Shown here: piece after piece, positions 24,981-38,222 of the stretch
How the letters are laid out: each line of letters begins with the position of its first letter
Numbering within the stretch: the stretch's first letter is position 1
Source of the DNA: Eledone cirrhosa
Lineage: Eukaryota
Length of the DNA stretch: 64,000 bases
Direction: 5' to 3'
Assembly (NCBI GenBank): GCA_964016885.1
Contig: OZ024741.1
Coordinates: forward strand, 317,378,001-317,442,000
Program-made: the position numbers and the translations under genes
The notes under the pieces: model-generated
Seen by the model: only the letters and a program-made list of their open reading frames with translations
What the model was told of the DNA's origin: nothing
The model's database searches: none

Positions 24981-26720
24981 TCACTTACGTCCTCGCTTCC
25001 TGGAGACCAGGCTGCACAATGTCCATGGGGGTGTTGGAGGGGTTGTTTGGTAAGGTGGTGGTTTCTGGCGGGGTGGGGACGGAGATGTTTGGTGGTGTGG
25101 GGATGTCTGGGGTGAGGGTGGGAAACATTTTAAAAGGACGCGGTTAATGGGTTTAACGCAAGGATTACCCACGTCCTTAGGAAAGTTTTTCTTTAAAGAC
25201 TTATAGGAGTCCATAGGGACCCTAATCATCTTTAAATTGGGTTTGTCTACACAGTTCGAAAAAGTTTTCCCTTCGGTTTTCACCGAAGGGTCGTTGGCGA
25301 TGACCTCCATTAAAGTTTTGTTTTCGCTGTTTATGTATGTGTAATGTTCTTGTTGTGTTGTGTTGGTTTTTGTCTGTTGTTCTTGTGTGTGTTTTCGTTT
25401 TGTTGAAGGTGTTTGTGTTTGGAGTGTTGTCGTTGTTTTGTTTTCAGGAGGGGGAATTTTGTTTGTAATGTTTGTGTTGTTTGTGTTGGTGGTTGTGTGT
25501 TTGTTGCCTTTTTATTCGTGTTATGTCTTTTTTTTCCTTTTGGAGCGGAACGGTTCTCCCTCATCATCACTGAATGATGATGAGGGGGCCTCGTCCGTTG
25601 TGGTGTCTTTGTGATTGGGGAGGGGTACGTTTTAGGGAGCTGCTGTGCTTGTGGGTGTTTTGGGAGTTGTTTTAGGTGGGGAGGGGTTGGGTGGGACTAT
25701 GTTTGCGGTTTGGTTTGTTTGGGTTATTTTTGTGTGTTGTTGTTGTGGTGGTGGTGGTGGTGGTGATGGTTGTGTTGCTGTCTTAGGTGTTGGCAGTAGT
25801 GCCTTTTCTTTTAAAACAGTTAGCTGAGGACAGGAAGCCCTCAGGTGACCACTGCTTAAACAGTGGTAACATGAAGGCCGCCTACCCTCAACAGAAATGT
25901 TTATGTAGGAATTTCCGTCCAGAGGCACTCGTTGTGGTATTCTAGCTATCCGTTCTGGTCTCATTTGGACCAGAACTTCTAAGCTTGTACCGTTAAATAT
26001 GCCCTGGAGGACTTCCCTACCGAAATTACTGAGTTTTCATCAAAATTGATGAAACCAGCTAATATCCACCAGATGTTTACATTTGATGTGATATTTGTTA
26101 TTTTTATTTTTGGGGCCCTTTTTCCCATATATGTGGGGGGAAAGGTGTAGAGGGGGGGGGGGGACACAGAATATTTCTGTGCCGTCAATTGGTCTTTCAT
26201 TATTACCGATAAACTCCCGAAGAGTTTTCCCTTCTGTATGAAGGTAATATCCTTCATCGACTTTCTTAGAACCAGCTCAGTTTCATTTTGCGTTAATTGA
26301 GCTGGTTTTCTGGTGGTCTTTGAGATTGTCCTGAAAACCATAGTTTTCAGGACAGTTTCTCTACGCAATTCTTGGGGAGCAGTGATGCTAAAAGCACCAT
26401 TCTCCCCAAAAGTTACGAATTGCTTGGCATCTCTTAGTAGTTCTCTAGCATTAGAGATGTCAATTTGTTTATACAGTTCTGTCTTTTGGACAGTTTGTGC
26501 GAACGAAAATGTTTCTTTTTTTGTGGAGTTGTTCTTGTTGGTGTTGTTGTCATCATTGTTGCTCTTGTTGGTGTTGGTGTTGTTGTCATCATTGTTGCTG
26601 TTGTTGTTGTTCTTGTTGTCATTGTTGTTGTTGTTGATGTTGTTTTGGTTGATGCCATTCAACTTTTTCATGTTATTGGTTTCGTGTTTTTCAACGCCAT
26701 TTTCGACGTCTTTCAATGAG
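24981..26720 (-). pseudogene. Tx1 ORF1 (gag-like, zinc knuckle), disrupted
   Basis: Asn-rich N-terminus; EGRRPSCYHCLSSGHLRASCP CCHC knuckle; Pro/Thr-rich linker directly upstream of ORF2. Confidence 0.8.
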
Positions 26721-27208
26721 GTGGTGAAATAGATAAATAAATAGATAGGTAGATAGATAGATAGATATATTGATAGGTAGGTAGGTAGGTAGATAGGTAG
26801 GTAGGTAGGTAGGTAGGTAGGTAGGTAGGTAGGTAGGTAGGGAGGGAGGTAGGTAGGTAGGTAGGTAGGGCGATGGTTCTGCAACAAGAAAGATTCAAAA
26901 TCTCCAGTTAATCATATGCATGGTTTTATCTTGAAAATTGTTCCAAAATAATGCATACATATGTAGAGTAGAGATACGTACGTTACTACAAAAATACATA
27001 CATACATATATACTTATATGCACACATACACGTACATATATGCATATCCACACAGTGTGTGTATATGTGCATGTTTGTGCAGTTGTGTGTTTATGCGTGT
27101 GTCTGCGCGAGTGTAGAGGTATTATGTTCATATTTGTAAGGTCACAACATACACCCTCACTTGCATATGAATCTATATGCCTCCAAGTAATGTATACACT
27201 TACATTGA

Positions 27209-27264
<56 letters not shown>

Positions 27265-27348
27265 ATAAATGAAACAGACAAAACACAGGATGCAATATAT
27301 TTATATTATATATATGTGTGTGTGTGTATGTGTATATATATATGTGTG

Positions 27349-27459
<111 letters not shown>

Positions 27460-27649
27460 GCGTTTATGTATATATGTGACGCACACAAATACACAAATAC
27501 TCCTCCTCACATTATTTTTTTCACTCCACATTCGTATTTCTCTTCTTTCTTTGTTTTTGTTTTTCTTCTTCTACTTCTTTTTCCTCTTTCTTTACCATTC
27601 CACAAACATTAGTGTAAGCGGACAGTTCAACAAAATGGAAGCACAATAC

Positions 27650-28083
27650 CTCAACAACAACAACAACTACAACAACAATGACAACAACAACGACGATAAC
27701 AACAACTACGACAACGACAACAACAACAACGACAACAACAACAACGACGACGACAACAACAACAACGACGACGACGACAGCAACAATAACAACAACAACA
27801 ATGACGACAACTGCAAAAACAACATCAAGAGCAACACCATGAACAAGAATAGCAACAACAACGACAACAACAACAACAGTAACAACAGCAACAACAACAC
27901 AACAACAGTAACAACAGCAACAACAACAACAATAACAACAGTAACAACTTCATCAACAACAACAGTAACAACAGTAACAACAGCAACAACAACAACAGTA
28001 ACATCAACAACAATAACAGTAATAACAGCAACAACAACAACAGTAACAACAGCAACAGTAACAACTGCAACAACAATAACAGT

Positions 28084-28116
<33 letters not shown>

Positions 28117-28185
28117 AACAACAGCAATAACAATAACAGTAACAACAGCAACAACAACAGTAACAACAGCAACAACAACAACAGT

Positions 28186-28216
<31 letters not shown>

Positions 28217-28419
28217 ACAACAGTAACAACAGCAACAACAACAACAGTAGCAACAGCAACAACAACAACAGTAACAACACCAACAACAACAACAACAACA
28301 GTAACAACAGCGACAACAACAACAACAGTAACAACAGCGACAACAACAACAACAACAACAACAGTAACAACAGCGACAACAACAACAATAACAACAGTAA
28401 AAACAGCAACAACAACAGT

Positions 28420-28450
<31 letters not shown>

Positions 28451-28792
28451 GTAACAACAACAACAACAACAATAATAACAACAATAACAATAACAGTAAC
28501 AACAGCAGCAACAACAACAGTAACAACAGCAATAACAACAGTAACAACAACAGTAACAACAGCAATAACAACAGTAACAACAACAGTAACAACAGCAGCA
28601 ACAACAACAGTAACAACAGCAATAACAACAGTAACAACAACAGTAACAACAGCAGCAACAACAACAACAACAACAACAATAATAACAACAATAACAATAA
28701 CAGTAACAACAGCAACAACAACAGTAACAACAGCAATAACAACAGTAACAACAACAGCAACAACAGCAGCAACAACAACAATAACAACAACC
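27650..28792. repeat. (AAC/AGT/AGC)n compound trinucleotide tract
   Basis: Produces poly-N/T/V/L/C pseudo-ORFs in several frames. Confidence 0.9.
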
Positions 28793-29099
28793 TGAACCAC
28801 GGCAATTGAAAAGGTACTGAATGAAAAACCATGAGAAGTAGAAGAGTAAAAAAGAGTGAAAAAAAACTTCAAGACGCACAAGAGATGGACTAAAACCTAA
28901 TACCTACATTATTTATTAGTTTTTGCCGCAAGGTGGCGTTGTAAATGTAACTTCCGTACGTTGGTACATATATATGTGTGTGTGTGTTTGTGTGTGTGTG
29001 TGTAAACATATATATATATATGTGTGTATCTATATATCTTTCTATCTAGAAATATATATATATTTAATATATATATATAATACATATGTATATATGTTT

Positions 29100-29130
<31 letters not shown>

Positions 29131-29199
29131 ATATATATATACATACATATACAAATATATATATACATACATACATACATACATACATACATACATACA

Positions 29200-29277
<78 letters not shown>

Positions 29278-29280
29278 TAT

Positions 29281-29371
<91 letters not shown>

Positions 29372-29498
29372 AGTATAAACGCCGGAGGAATGACTTTATT
29401 GTTCTGGTATTGAATTGTATGTACTCTAATGATCTCAGTGTAGGATCTTGGTTCTTGGTGGATTTTATATATATGATATATGATATTATATATATATA

Positions 29499-29571
<73 letters not shown>

Positions 29572-29882
29572 CTGGCACATTTATATTTAAGTTTGTGTAT
29601 ACAGTGTATAGACGTATACACTTCTCTTTATAAGTATATACATCATTTACATCAGCAGGAGCATGATCATTTTTAACGTCCATTGTTTCCTCTTCTAGCA
29701 AGCGATAGGTGAATCTCTGTGGCACATTGCCATTCTGCTCTATATTGCACCGTTGTATTCCGCAAGCTACTAGGTTCCTAGATCTAACTTTATCATATCA
29801 TAGTGTTTTTTTATGAGGGAGTACCTATATGGATATCGTCCAAGTCCATTGTAAAACATTACCTGCGCTTCCTTTAAATAAT

Positions 29883-30296
29883 TGTTTCTACTTTTGGCAC
29901 AAGGCCAGCAAATACCCAGTGCATTACTGGTACTTTATTTTATCGACCCCGTAAGGATGAAAGGCAAAATTAACCTCGGCGGGATTTGAACTCAGAATGG
30001 CAAGGGACGTAACTCTATGCGTCATAGCATGGCGTCCGACCCTCTACCGATACTGCCAATCCACCGCGCTTCCTTTAAATAATGATTTCTACTCTGGGCA
30101 TAAGGCCAGCAATTTGGGGGAGGGGAAAGTCGGTTAAATCGACCCCAGTGCATTACTGGTGTTTTATTTTATCAACCTCGTAAGGATGAAAGGCTAAGCT
30201 AACCTCGGCGGAATTTGAAGTGAGAACGTAAAGAGCCATAACTCTATAATACAAAGGATGGTATCTGACGCTCTACTGATACTGGCAATCCATCGT
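29883..30296 (-). mobile_element. Two tandem tRNA-derived SINEs
   Basis: 29883-30065 is flanked by TSD GCGCTTCCTTTAAATAAT (29865, 30066); second, longer-subtype copy at 30084-30296. Confidence 0.88.
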
Positions 30297-30339
30297 CATT
30301 CTTTAAATAATAGAAGTGTGGTGAATTAACAACATTGGT

Positions 30340-30530
30340 GGGGGAAGTCAGATAAAATGGTATTGCAATATTTGTTCTGGCTCTTTACATTCTAAGTTCA
30401 AATTCCGCCGAGGACAATTTTGCCTTTTATTAATCCGGGGTCGATAAAATAAAGTACTAATCAAGTATTGGGCTTGATTTAGTCAACTTTGCACTTCTTT
30501 AAAATATGCTATCCTCGTGTTTAAATTAGA
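30340..30530 (+). mobile_element. Diverged tRNA-derived SINE
   Basis: AGTTCAAATTCCGCCGAGG..GCCTTT..GGGGTCGATAAAATAAAGTAC. Confidence 0.7.
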
Positions 30531-31444
30531 AGCCAGTAATAAAACTCGCGATGTTACACTCACTTTATTTAACAAGATTTTCAAGTATTTCAATGTAAAT
30601 GTTGGAAAGTTGAAATGACTAAAATGAATTTATTTTCATTTGCATTCTAGTGTAGGTTGATGTGTTTGTGTATATAAAAACCATATTTTTTTAGGACACG
30701 TAACATATGTGTGTGTATGTATGTTTGTATCTATGTTTCTCTGTATGTATGGTCACTCATATCGGGTCACTCTTGAGTACTACTGGTAACATGTAACCCA
30801 GTACAACATGTACGTATGTAAGGGTTTATCTCTTATTCATAATTTTGAGTTTATTTTTCACCGGCTACCTGCTCGATGGTCAGGTAATAAAGAAAGGGAC
30901 ATTTATGTCGTCCCTTGCACAATCGTTCATACTTTAAATCTTACGAATGTTTTACAGTTGTTAAAGGTTTAAGATATTATAGCCATTTGTAGTTTATGGA
31001 TTAAGAAGCTACGTTCTTTCTCCAAGAATCCAAGTTTGTGCATACTTTAGTCCAGGCTTGTTGGTATATATTCTGTTGCTCCAATAATGGGTATACTTGC
31101 ACATATATACAACGGGTTTCTGCGGCTTCTGTCAACCAAATTTCACTCAGAAAGTATTGGAAAACCGAAACTATAGTAGAAGACCTATGGTACCGTCCAG
31201 AACCAAGACAGAACCCAGAACCAAGGGGCTGCAAAGCGGCCCCCTTAACCACATAGCTATGCGTGCGCCTGTTAAAGGAAAGTCGGTGAGACTGAGAATT
31301 CTGTACCAGATGAAAAAAAAAACGATTATTCAATTAAGCTTCCCTTTTAGAATTGACAAATTCTATATAACCTGTGCTTTCAGGTTTCTCACAAACACAG
31401 CGTGATTCCTAAATGAAATCATACACAATATGTTTATATATAAT

Positions 31445-31830
31445 TACTTTTGGTACAAGTCCAGTAATTTGAAAGCAATGGGAAAGTCAATTAAATATTT
31501 CCCAGTTCGTTACTCGTACTTTATTTCATCGATCCTGTAAAGCTAACCTCGGAGGGATTTGAACTCATAACGTAAAGGGACGTAACTATATGCTGTAAAA
31601 CATATTGTCCGACACTCTACCGATACTGCCAATCCACCGCCCTAATATGTTTAGATATAATGGTTTATCATTTAAGCACAAGACCAGCAATTTTGGGGAG
31701 GGGAAAGTCGACTAAATCTTCTCCAATTCATTACTGGTATTTTATTTTATTGATATGATGAAAGGCAAAGCTAACTTCGGTGAAATTTGAACTCAGAACG
31801 TAAAGGGTCGTAACTATATGCCACAAAGCG
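31445..31830 (-). mobile_element. Two tandem tRNA-derived SINEs
   Basis: Same family; TSD-like AATATGTTTA.ATATAAT at ~31427 and ~31645. Confidence 0.8.
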
Positions 31831-32009
31831 GGTGTAACTGGACATTTGGAAGCTCTGCTTCGTAGAATCGAGACGTATCAGAGGACCTTGCGATTTCAGA
31901 GTCAGGTTCGATCATTACATCGATCGTGCCTCGAGCTGGTCGCCAGAGAAACGATTGTAATATAGCTAATAAATTTTATTCGTCGCACCACTGATTCTCC
32001 GCTTCTTAT

Positions 32010-32097
<88 letters not shown>

Positions 32098-32099
32098 AG

Positions 32100-32135
<36 letters not shown>

Positions 32136-32283
32136 AGTATATGTTGGTTGTTTACCGACACCTCAGTATACAGATTGGAGCACTTGACGAAGTACGCAGG
32201 TTGGTTTGTTTACTTCGGAGTAATGTAAAATAATTAAGTCAAATATGTAAAATTTGGCTTCGTTTATTACAAATTATAGATAT

Positions 32284-32321
32284 ACTGCTATATATATTTG
32301 GCTGTGACCTCTTCAGGCAGT
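32284..32321 (-). ncRNA. Degenerate hammerhead ribozyme (G12 missing)
   Basis: Minus strand: actgc CTGAAGA ggt-caca-gcc AAA tatata TA gcagt. Confidence 0.55.
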
Positions 32322-33074
32322 CCGAATTGGTGTGGGAAGGACAGGTACACATGTTGTTGAAGTGTGTTTTACTCCGTCAATCCATCGATATGTCCAGCTC
32401 TTGGTAGTGTTGTTATTTCTCTGAGGAACTGGAATCATATGAGTTAGAGCAAACGAATTTCGGCGTCATAAGACACGCTCGCCTCTCATTGGTCAGTTGT
32501 GGGAACATTCTTCAGTCAAAAGTCTATAGAAATTTTTCTGAGGCAAGACAATCTGTTGTAGTAGTTTTTGTCTAGGTACAGCTGACCTCCTCCGTTGTGT
32601 TGGTAGCGGTAGTGGTGTTAAGGGGTAAGCTGGCAGGTCAGTTTTAGTGTGCTGCTGCTATTTTTCAGAAGAATTTGTGTGTAGGTTGGCATCTATCCTG
32701 CCATAATTTCACGTGGTGGGGGGTGCCAAACAAATAAAAAAATAAAAAAATGCGTGTGTGTTACAACCAATATCAAAATTTGAAAGATTTGAAAAATATT
32801 AACTGAAGTAGAAAACCTGTGCGTCAGAATCGAGAAGTGTAAAGAATTACAATTCTTACACTATCATCGAGTTGTGTGTTTTAAGAGCAAATGAGATAAA
32901 AGTGGAGTGTAAAACACCAAAAACCCGAGTATCAAAATCCGGAAATGCAAAGAACTACAGTTCCTATTTCTGCATATATATATATATAGTTCGGATCTAG
33001 CTGTTGAAACAACAGGAGCTCAGCCGTCGGGGTCTTGAATCCTTCATATATATGTATATGTGAGTGCATGTGTG

Positions 33075-33380
33075 AAGTCGTGTGGCTTTGTGGTTAGGTT
33101 ATTCGGCTCACGATCGTATGGTCGTGAGTTCGATTCCCGGCAGTACGCTGTGTCCTTGAGCAAGACACTTTATTTCACGTTGCTCCAGTCCACTCAGCTG
33201 TTGTACCTGTAATCGAAGTCACACTGAATCTCTATGTCACACTGAATCTCCCTGAGAACTAGGTTAAAAGAACGCATGTTTATGGAATGTTCAGCCACTA
33301 ACACGTTAATTTCACGAGCAGGCTGTTCTATTGATCGTATGAACAGGAATACTCATCGCCGTAACCGACGGAGTGCCACT
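33075..33380 (+). mobile_element. Second tRNA-derived SINE family (CORE/V-like middle)
   Basis: A box TGGCTTTGTGG, B box GAGTTCGATTCC, then GTGTCCTTGAGCAAGACACTT. Confidence 0.8.
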
Positions 33381-33441
33381 ACATATATATATATATGAAA
33401 CAAAAACAAAGAGCGCTTACATCATCAATTAATCTTTATTT

Positions 33442-33486
33442 GCTGACAGTGCTTCCTCCTTGCATAATTGCAGGACTCATCAGAGC
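33442..33486 (-). ncRNA. Hammerhead ribozyme variant, related to the 14462 family
   Basis: Minus strand: gct CTGATGA g-tcctgca-atta-tgcaagga-g GAAG c-act-g TC agc; flank 33393-33440 resembles 12773-12822. Confidence 0.65.
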
Positions 33487-34164
33487 GTTATAAAGAGGAT
33501 TTAGATCAATTGTATAAACTCTACCGACCTATATCACAAGAACGAACCATGTGTAGCACAGAGGACTAAGAAGAGTGGGGTGCTTGGACGACGCGTCACC
33601 CCTAGAAGCCGATACATATAAGACCAAAATCAGTTACAATAATTAAAGATAAGGAAAAATAAAAGATAAGGAAATTAAAGATAAGAGATAAAACGTAAAA
33701 GGTAGAGTCTAGAAGTAAGGATGAAATAAAGATAACAATAAAGTGATGATAATATAAGAAAATATAAAAAAATAATAAAAAATAATAAAAATAAAAATGA
33801 AACATAAAAGATAACACATTATATAAGCAATGCAAATAAATGTAGTTGTAGACAGTAAAGGATTTCAGAGGTGACAGTTTAAGAATAATATTAAAGAATG
33901 TATCCAAAGTCAGATATAGCGGGAGCCAGATAAAGCGATCATATAGTGGAATTCCATGTATCCATCACAGTATGGGAACAAGTGTTATAGGTGGCGTTCA
34001 AATGCAATTTATCTGTGTGGTACACAGAACATATAGGTCGCAGTGGAAGCAGGTGAAAGCAATCATCATGGATATCAGTAGAATATAACGTTTGCGTGTG
34101 TGTGTGTTTGCGTGTAAGTCTACATAGACCTACGTACATACGCACACACTCATATATATATATA

Positions 34165-34219
34165 TAAGTATGTATGTATACGTACATACATATATGTATA
34201 CAGACGTACAGTAGCATGC

Positions 34220-34250
<31 letters not shown>

Positions 34251-35082
34251 CATACAGGTACACATACATATATGTACGTATCAGTTTAGCGGACGTTTAT
34301 TATAACGCCCGCTTTGTCCGTTTGTAAACAAACTGACAGCCTGAATTTATGCCGTACGGTGTTAAGGCAACCACGTCACCTTTTTGTTCAACACTGACAC
34401 AGGAACGATGTACTAGTTTCAAGCTTCTTACCTATCATCAGCACCGTATACCCTTCTGCCAGATGGTTGAACGTTCGAAAGTATATACTTTCCTTGTGAA
34501 AATTAACGGCTGAGCAGCCTAATTTGCATATCGAGTGAGTTCAGTCGTTTACAAACGGACAAAGCGGGCGTTATAATAAACGTCCGCTAAACTGATACGT
34601 ACATATATGTATATGTACCTGTATGTATATATATATATATGTATATATATGCATGCTACTGTACGTCTGTATACATATATGTATGTACGTATACATACAT
34701 ATTTACATTTAAGTAAGTGCCGTACTAAGAGTGAGAAATGAAATTTCGTTTTCATTTTATTACAACTTATCGTTTTCGGTGCGCCTGGCCGACTGAACTC
34801 ACTCGATATGCAAATTAGGCTGCTCAGCCGTTAATTTTATTAAGGAAAGTATATACTTTCGAACGTTCAACCATCTGGCAGAAGGGTATACGGTGCTGAT
34901 GATAGCTAAGAAGCTTGAAACTAGTACATCGTTCCTGTGTCAGTGTTGAACAAAAAGGTGACGTGGTTGCCTTAACACCGTACGGCATAAATTCAGGCTG
35001 TCAGTTTGTTTACAAACGGACAAAGCGGGCGTTATAATAAACGTCCGCTAAACTGATACGTACATATATGTATGTGTACCTG

Positions 35083-35143
<61 letters not shown>

Positions 35144-35258
35144 GCATGCTACTGTACGTCTGTATACATATATGTATGTACGTATACATACATACTTACA
35201 TTTAAGTAAGTGCCGTACTAAGAGTGAGAAATGAAATTTCGTTTTCATTTTATTACAA

Positions 35259-35261
<3 letters not shown>
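34165..35261 (+). mobile_element. Retrozyme-like element: inverted partial copy (34165-34546) followed by ~1.55 tandem copies of a 461-nt unit (34547-35261)
   Basis: GTTTACAAACGGACAAAGCGGGCG restarts at 34547 and 35008; hammerheads at 34405-34447 (-) and 34890-34932 (+); (TA)n flanks; no meaningful ORF. Confidence 0.85.
34890..34932 (+). ncRNA. Minimal type I hammerhead ribozyme
   Basis: acggtg CTGATGA t-agct-aaga-agct-t GAAA ctag TA catcgt; predicted cleavage after 34926. Confidence 0.9.
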
Positions 35262-35348
<87 letters not shown>

Positions 35349-36329
35349 CGTGTATCTACGTGTTCCATTCGTCCGTGTTACCCCTTACGATTACAATACC
35401 AACCCCTCCAGTCTCATGTTGGGATCAATACCTCCGCATCATAGCTGTAGGGTTGTGAATCAATGCAATCCTAAGTTTCCCAGCATACCACGTGGTGTAA
35501 CGAATGACTTAAATTATCCGAGTCATACAAGTATAGATGTAACTATACATAACCAGCTGTAAGGTACATTCGGCGCAGCCACAGTATCGCTTACTATATT
35601 CCAACCTGGTACAATGGTACCCCAATATGTTTTAATTTTATTAATTAAATCAAATCAATTGACCGTTTAATTCCAGTGCTTCTGTGTTCTTCACTTTGCC
35701 CGCATTCAAAGATCAACACTCAGAATATGATGACGTAGTAAACATTTCGAGTGGACATCATAACGCTCCGAGCAGGCTGGCCATTCCCTTCTATTTACGT
35801 CCATTCCCGTCTATTTACGAAGATACAGATTAAATCATTCCGCGACAAGGGGGACAACTCTAGATTGTACCCATTTTGACCAAACCCGCCAGAGACAATT
35901 AACGCAATATCAAATACCCCCCCCCCCCCCCGGTATGAGTTGTTTACCCACACTGAGGCCTGTTATGGCATCAATGACGGGTTCACTCATAGCACGAGAC
36001 AGTAATAATCACTACAGTCTGTTATGAGAGCAATCCTTTTGGGACCCATATATATACCACTGTTGTTAGCAGTATTCCTACGTTAATTGGTCTCTATGAA
36101 CGCAGGGTGATCTTACCACACTAAAATGTACCATTCCTCAAATTCAAGGTCAAATCCAGCGAGATCGAAGTTGGGGTCCCCTTCTTACTAGTTGGGTGCG
36201 GGTACATTAAGGAGTATGCAAGTTGAAGAGATAAATGAGTGCTAAAGAAAAAGATAAATGAGTGCTAATGAAAAAGAAAATAACCTAAGTTAAGAACGGC
36301 TTATCTAGATACTCGGCTTGAAATAGAAG

Positions 36330-37470
36330 AAAGAACTTAGGATTATGTGCGGACATGAGGAAAATACCTCAGATTTCCTATTGAGCGGGTTTTGTCTGGA
36401 GTAAACTATGGCTTGAGATTCCAGAAGGCAGAGGTTACACATTTTGCTCGGTGCAGACTTAGCCACCTGTCTCCAATTAAGAGTATAGGAGGTGCCGGCT
36501 TTTTTTTAAACGGAAATATAGCCTGCCAACGAGGTTGTATTCTTAAGCCTATCATGCTAAAGGTGCTTCTATGGGAGTTATATCTCGTTTTAAACGAGGT
36601 GGATGTTGAGCCAATGTAGGATTTGGTAGAGGTAGGTGTTGTGACGTCACAAGCGTAGACTATATTTTTCATGAGGCAGTAGACCCTGAGAGAGCAACTA
36701 TCTCTCCGCCTACAATTACAGTTGCGGGTTGTGTTATTCAACATGCGTCGGGGCGAGTGGCTGTTTGCACTATCCCGAAGCATTACTTGTGCATTTGGTG
36801 GGTCACTACCTCCATCAGGCAACCCATTTCATAGTGGGTTAGGTGGTTGGTGGTTATTTACAGATCTGATGGTCTCAAAACCTTCCCTAATTTTCCTATT
36901 ATTTGTGCGTGCTAAGTGTGAGGCTAGATTAGGTGTAGTAGAATAGGATAATTTAATTATATTTTTATTAATAATACTGTGATATCTACTGCCTGGCGGG
37001 AAGTTCTTTTCTAGTATCGAGAAGAATATTCTAGGAAGGTTGGTAAGGACTTCGGAGTTATAAGGTGGATTGAAATAAGTGTTTTGCCTTCTTCTATTTT
37101 TCCTATTTCTCCTATTTAGAGGGTTATTATTGTTAGGGTTTACTTGATGCGGCTGTGCTGCGTTATTTAGGTTACTACCAGTGCCATTGTCGTTTCCATT
37201 TCCTTGATTTCTATCTTTAACTCCAATCACGCCGTTATTAGTATTACTGCCATTGGTATCCATTGGTATTGGGCAGGTTGTTGGTGTGCCTATATGGCTT
37301 TGGCCGCCGGGCTCGATTATTTACGGTGTCATTCTTACTCCTGTTCCTATTTCTATTACGGTTATTATTTATAGACATATTGTGTGTGATTATAGTATTT
37401 AGCCTAGTATAGGTGGTTTGGGAGTTGCTGGGTATATAAAATAGCTTATTTTTATAACCGGATTTTGCTA
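36330..37470 (-). pseudogene. Penelope-like element C-terminal region (linker plus GIY-YIG), frameshifted
   Basis: YFNPPYN..KNFP..IIKLSYSTTPN; CNCRRRDSCSL..C..KNIVYAC..SYIGSTSTSFKTRYNSH; CNLCLLE..LNRKSE..CPH. Confidence 0.85.
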
Positions 37471-37485
37471 TTATATATATATATT

Positions 37486-37519
<34 letters not shown>

Positions 37520-37867
37520 GATATTCGTGGGTATTGCTGTTGTTTTTGTTGCTGCTGCTGTTGCTATTGTTATTATAGTTGTGGCTGTTATTATTCTTAC
37601 TGTTGTTGTTGTTGTTACTGATATTCTAGCTGTTGTTGTTGCTGTTGTTATTGACTATTGTTTGTTTTTGTTGTTGTTGTTGTTGTTGTTGTGAAGATTG
37701 AATATGGTCGCTTTTATGGATATTGGTTGTTATTGTTCTTGTTCTTGTTGTGGTTATTGCCTGTTATTGTTATTGTTTTCGTTTTTGTTGTTATTGTTGT
37801 TGTTGAATCTGTGGTTATAATGACCACTGTTGTTGTTATTGCTGTTGTAATTGTTGTTGTAGTTGTT

Positions 37868-38045
37868 GTTGTTATTGTTGGGGACAGTGACTATTGTTTT
37901 CGTTGTTGTTGTTGTTGTTGTTATTGTTGGGGACAGTGATTATTGTTTTCGTTGTTGTAGTTGTTGTTATTGTTGGGGACTGACTATTGTTTTCGTTGTT
38001 GTTGTTATTGTTGGGGACAGTGACTATTGTTTTCGTTGTTGTTGT
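37868..38045. repeat. Minisatellite, four copies of GTTATTGTTGGGGACAGTGACTATTGTTTTCGTTGTT within (GTT)n
   Basis: Anchor repeated four times with variable GTT spacers. Confidence 0.8.
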
Positions 38046-38182
38046 TGTTGTTGCTGTTGTTGAATCTGGATTTATCGATTAGTGTTGTTGTATTGATCGA
38101 ATGCCTGAATAAATCATGTGTTGTTTCTTAGATTTTTATTGTTTCTGTAATAGTTTTACCTCATAAAATACACACACACACA

Positions 38183-38222
<40 letters not shown>

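Larger units (their letters stand above)
21316..26727 (-). mobile_element. Near full-length decayed Tx1/L1-clade LINE
   Basis: ORF1 with CCHC knuckle; ORF2 APE-RT-zinc domain; 3' UTR ending AATAAAGAAA; (TAGA/TAGG)n at both ends. Confidence 0.92.

Noticed and set aside
27634-28880. ATG-initiated Asn/Thr-rich ORF as a gene or Tx1 ORF1 start
   Set aside because: Almost entirely simple repeat; no downstream knuckle or ORF2
31940-31975. GAAACGATTGTA half-site before AATAAA
   Set aside because: No upstream CUGANGA box found
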